64,000 nucleotides of DNA from Mobula hypostoma (Eukaryota). The stretch spans positions 1,860,001 through 1,924,000 of the forward strand of contig NC_086098.1 of NCBI RefSeq assembly GCF_963921235.1. The letters are read 5' to 3'. The notes under the pieces are model-generated. The model had not been told where the DNA came from and did no database searches. It saw only the letters and a program-made list of their open reading frames with translations. Made by a program: the position numbers and the translations under genes. Positions 62,141 to 64,000 of this stretch are shown piece by piece (position 1 is the stretch's first letter; each line of letters begins with the position of its first letter).

Positions 62141-62799
62141 CATTTCATTGTATCTGTGCATCTCATTGTTAGAGAAATTATGTCAGTTCTTTCCTCTCAC
62201 CTTAAATTGTGTTCACAAGTTAATTGTCAGGGCATGGGTATCTTTCTGGGTAATATGGGAAGCCTTTATCTTGTACCACTGGAAACCATATCACTACATG
62301 GGAGCATAATTATGCTTTTCAACCCATTGCGTCTGCTCCACCAATCAATGGTAGCTGATCTATTATTCCTCTCAACACCATTCTCTCAAACACTTTAGTG
62401 CTTGCAATGATGTCTCCTCTTCAGTGATGTAACCAAATGGAGACAAGGTGATCATTTTGCAGAGTATCTGTGCTCTGTAAGCAGCGGCCATCTCAAGCTT
62501 CCAGCTGCTGGTCATTTGAAATCTCATACCTACTCCTACACTGAACTGTCGGTCCCCTGGCTGTCAACATTGCTTAACCACTCAGTAAAGGCGCTGAGCT
62601 TCCTACAGATTGTCAGCTTGTTCCTTTATATTTACCTCCTAGCATTGCTTGTTGCAGCAGTCTCCCCCCTTGCCTTAACTTGCACAGGTGGCCTTCTGGT
62701 CCTGCAGAAGGAGGTAGTCTCTCCTGCATGAGAACATTGTTCATTCAGTGTTACCTCAAACATATTCATTTCATTAATCAAGATAATGAGGGTTTAAAC

Positions 62800-64000
62800 G
62801 TGGAAGAGTTTTGAGGTTTTGATCGAGGCGCGACTGTGCAAGCACGTGGACTTCAGCGAGTTAGACTAGTGGGAAGAATGTAAAAGGCTAGCGTTTTTCT
62901 TTCAGCGGTTTGATCGAGGCACAACTGTGCAAGCACATGGACGTCACTGAGTTAGACCGAAGGGAAGAATTTATAAAGAAGACAGCTTCATAGACTGGGT
63001 GCTAAAGGGAGTCAGGGTGGGAGAAGTTTGGCTCAATGAGGCTTTGGTGATAACAGATCGAGGCGAGGTCAGTTACTTGTGAAGAATAGGAACAGGAAGT
63101 ATGTCTGTGAGGCTGGTGTTCTGTACTGGGTGGCAGATGTGGGAAGTCCAGGAGACTTTCAGCCTCCCGGATGGCCACATCTGCACCATGTGCGTCGAGC
63201 TGCAGCTCCTTAGGGACCGCATTAGGGAATTGGAGCTGCAACTTGATGGCTTTCGGCTGGTCAGGGAGAGTGAGGAGGTGATAGAGAGGAGCTACAGGCA
63301 GGTAGTCACACCGGGGCCTCAGGAGACAGATAAGTGGTTAACAGTCAGGGGAGGGAAGGGAAAGAGTCAGGTACTAGAGAGTACCCCTTTTAACAATAAG
63401 TACTCTTGTTTGAGTACAGTTAGGGGGTGTTGACCTACCTGGAAGAAGTAACAGAGGTCACGCCTCTGGCACAGAGTCCAGCCCTGTGGCTCAGAAGGGT
63501 AGGGAAAGGAAGAGGATGGTAGCAGTGACAGCGGAGGGGGTCGTTAGTTAGGGGGTCGGATAGGTGATTCTGTGGACGCAGAAAAGAAACCTGGATGGTA
63601 GTTTGCCTCCCAGATGCCAGGATTCAGATGTTTCTGATCGTGTCCATGATACACTGAAGTGGGAAGGAGAACAGCCAGAGGTCGTGCTATACATTGGTAT
63701 CAACAACATAGGTAGGAAAAGGGAGGAGGTCCTGAAAACAGACTATCGGGAAGGAAATTGAGAAGCAGGACCTCAAAGCTAGTAATCTTAGGATTACTGC
63801 CTGTGCCATGTAATAGTGAGTATAGGAATAGAATACATGGCTGAGAGATTGGAGCAGAGGGCAGGAATTCAGATTTCTGGATCATTGGGACCTCTCCTGG
63901 GGCAGGTGTGACCTGTGAAAAAAGGATGGGTTGCACTTGAATCCCAGGGGGACCAATATCCTGGCGGAGAAGTTTGCTAAGGCTATTGGGGAGAGTTTAA
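62800..64000 (+). mobile_element. CR1 5' end: 5' UTR and decayed ORF1 (zinc finger, leucine zipper, SGNH esterase)
   Basis: ATG at 63101; CTGW...HICTMC, LQLLRDRIRELELQL and VVLYIGINN; runs to the ORF1 end at the window edge. Confidence 0.85.

Overview
This is eukaryotic (vertebrate) intergenic or intronic DNA, not a prokaryotic locus. I found no CRISPR array, rRNA, bona fide tRNA or recognisable host protein-coding gene. Most of the window is nested transposable-element debris: many CR1 LINEs (two nearly identical young copies), Rex1/Babar-type LINE fragments, a full-length Nimb/I-clade LINE with RNase H and a 14-bp TSD, two Neptune-type Penelope-like elements (RT + GIY-YIG), two Tc1 elements, a Tigger/pogo derivative, two Buster-type hAT remnants with MITEs, tRNA-derived SINEs, a 1.6-kb complex (GT)n tract and a 33/34-bp minisatellite. 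This repertoire suggests a cartilaginous fish such as a ray or shark, which is an inference. The most interesting signal not shown by the ORF track is RNA-level. The Penelope terminal repeat contains a minimal type I hammerhead ribozyme core (CUGAnGA...GAAAC-GUC), intact at 11341-11382. That repeat also occurs as several independently inserted 135-160 bp mini-elements with their own 9-14 bp TSDs, most of them fold-back inversions near the ribozyme. Boundaries of old fragments are approximate and family names come from motif recognition, not database searches.
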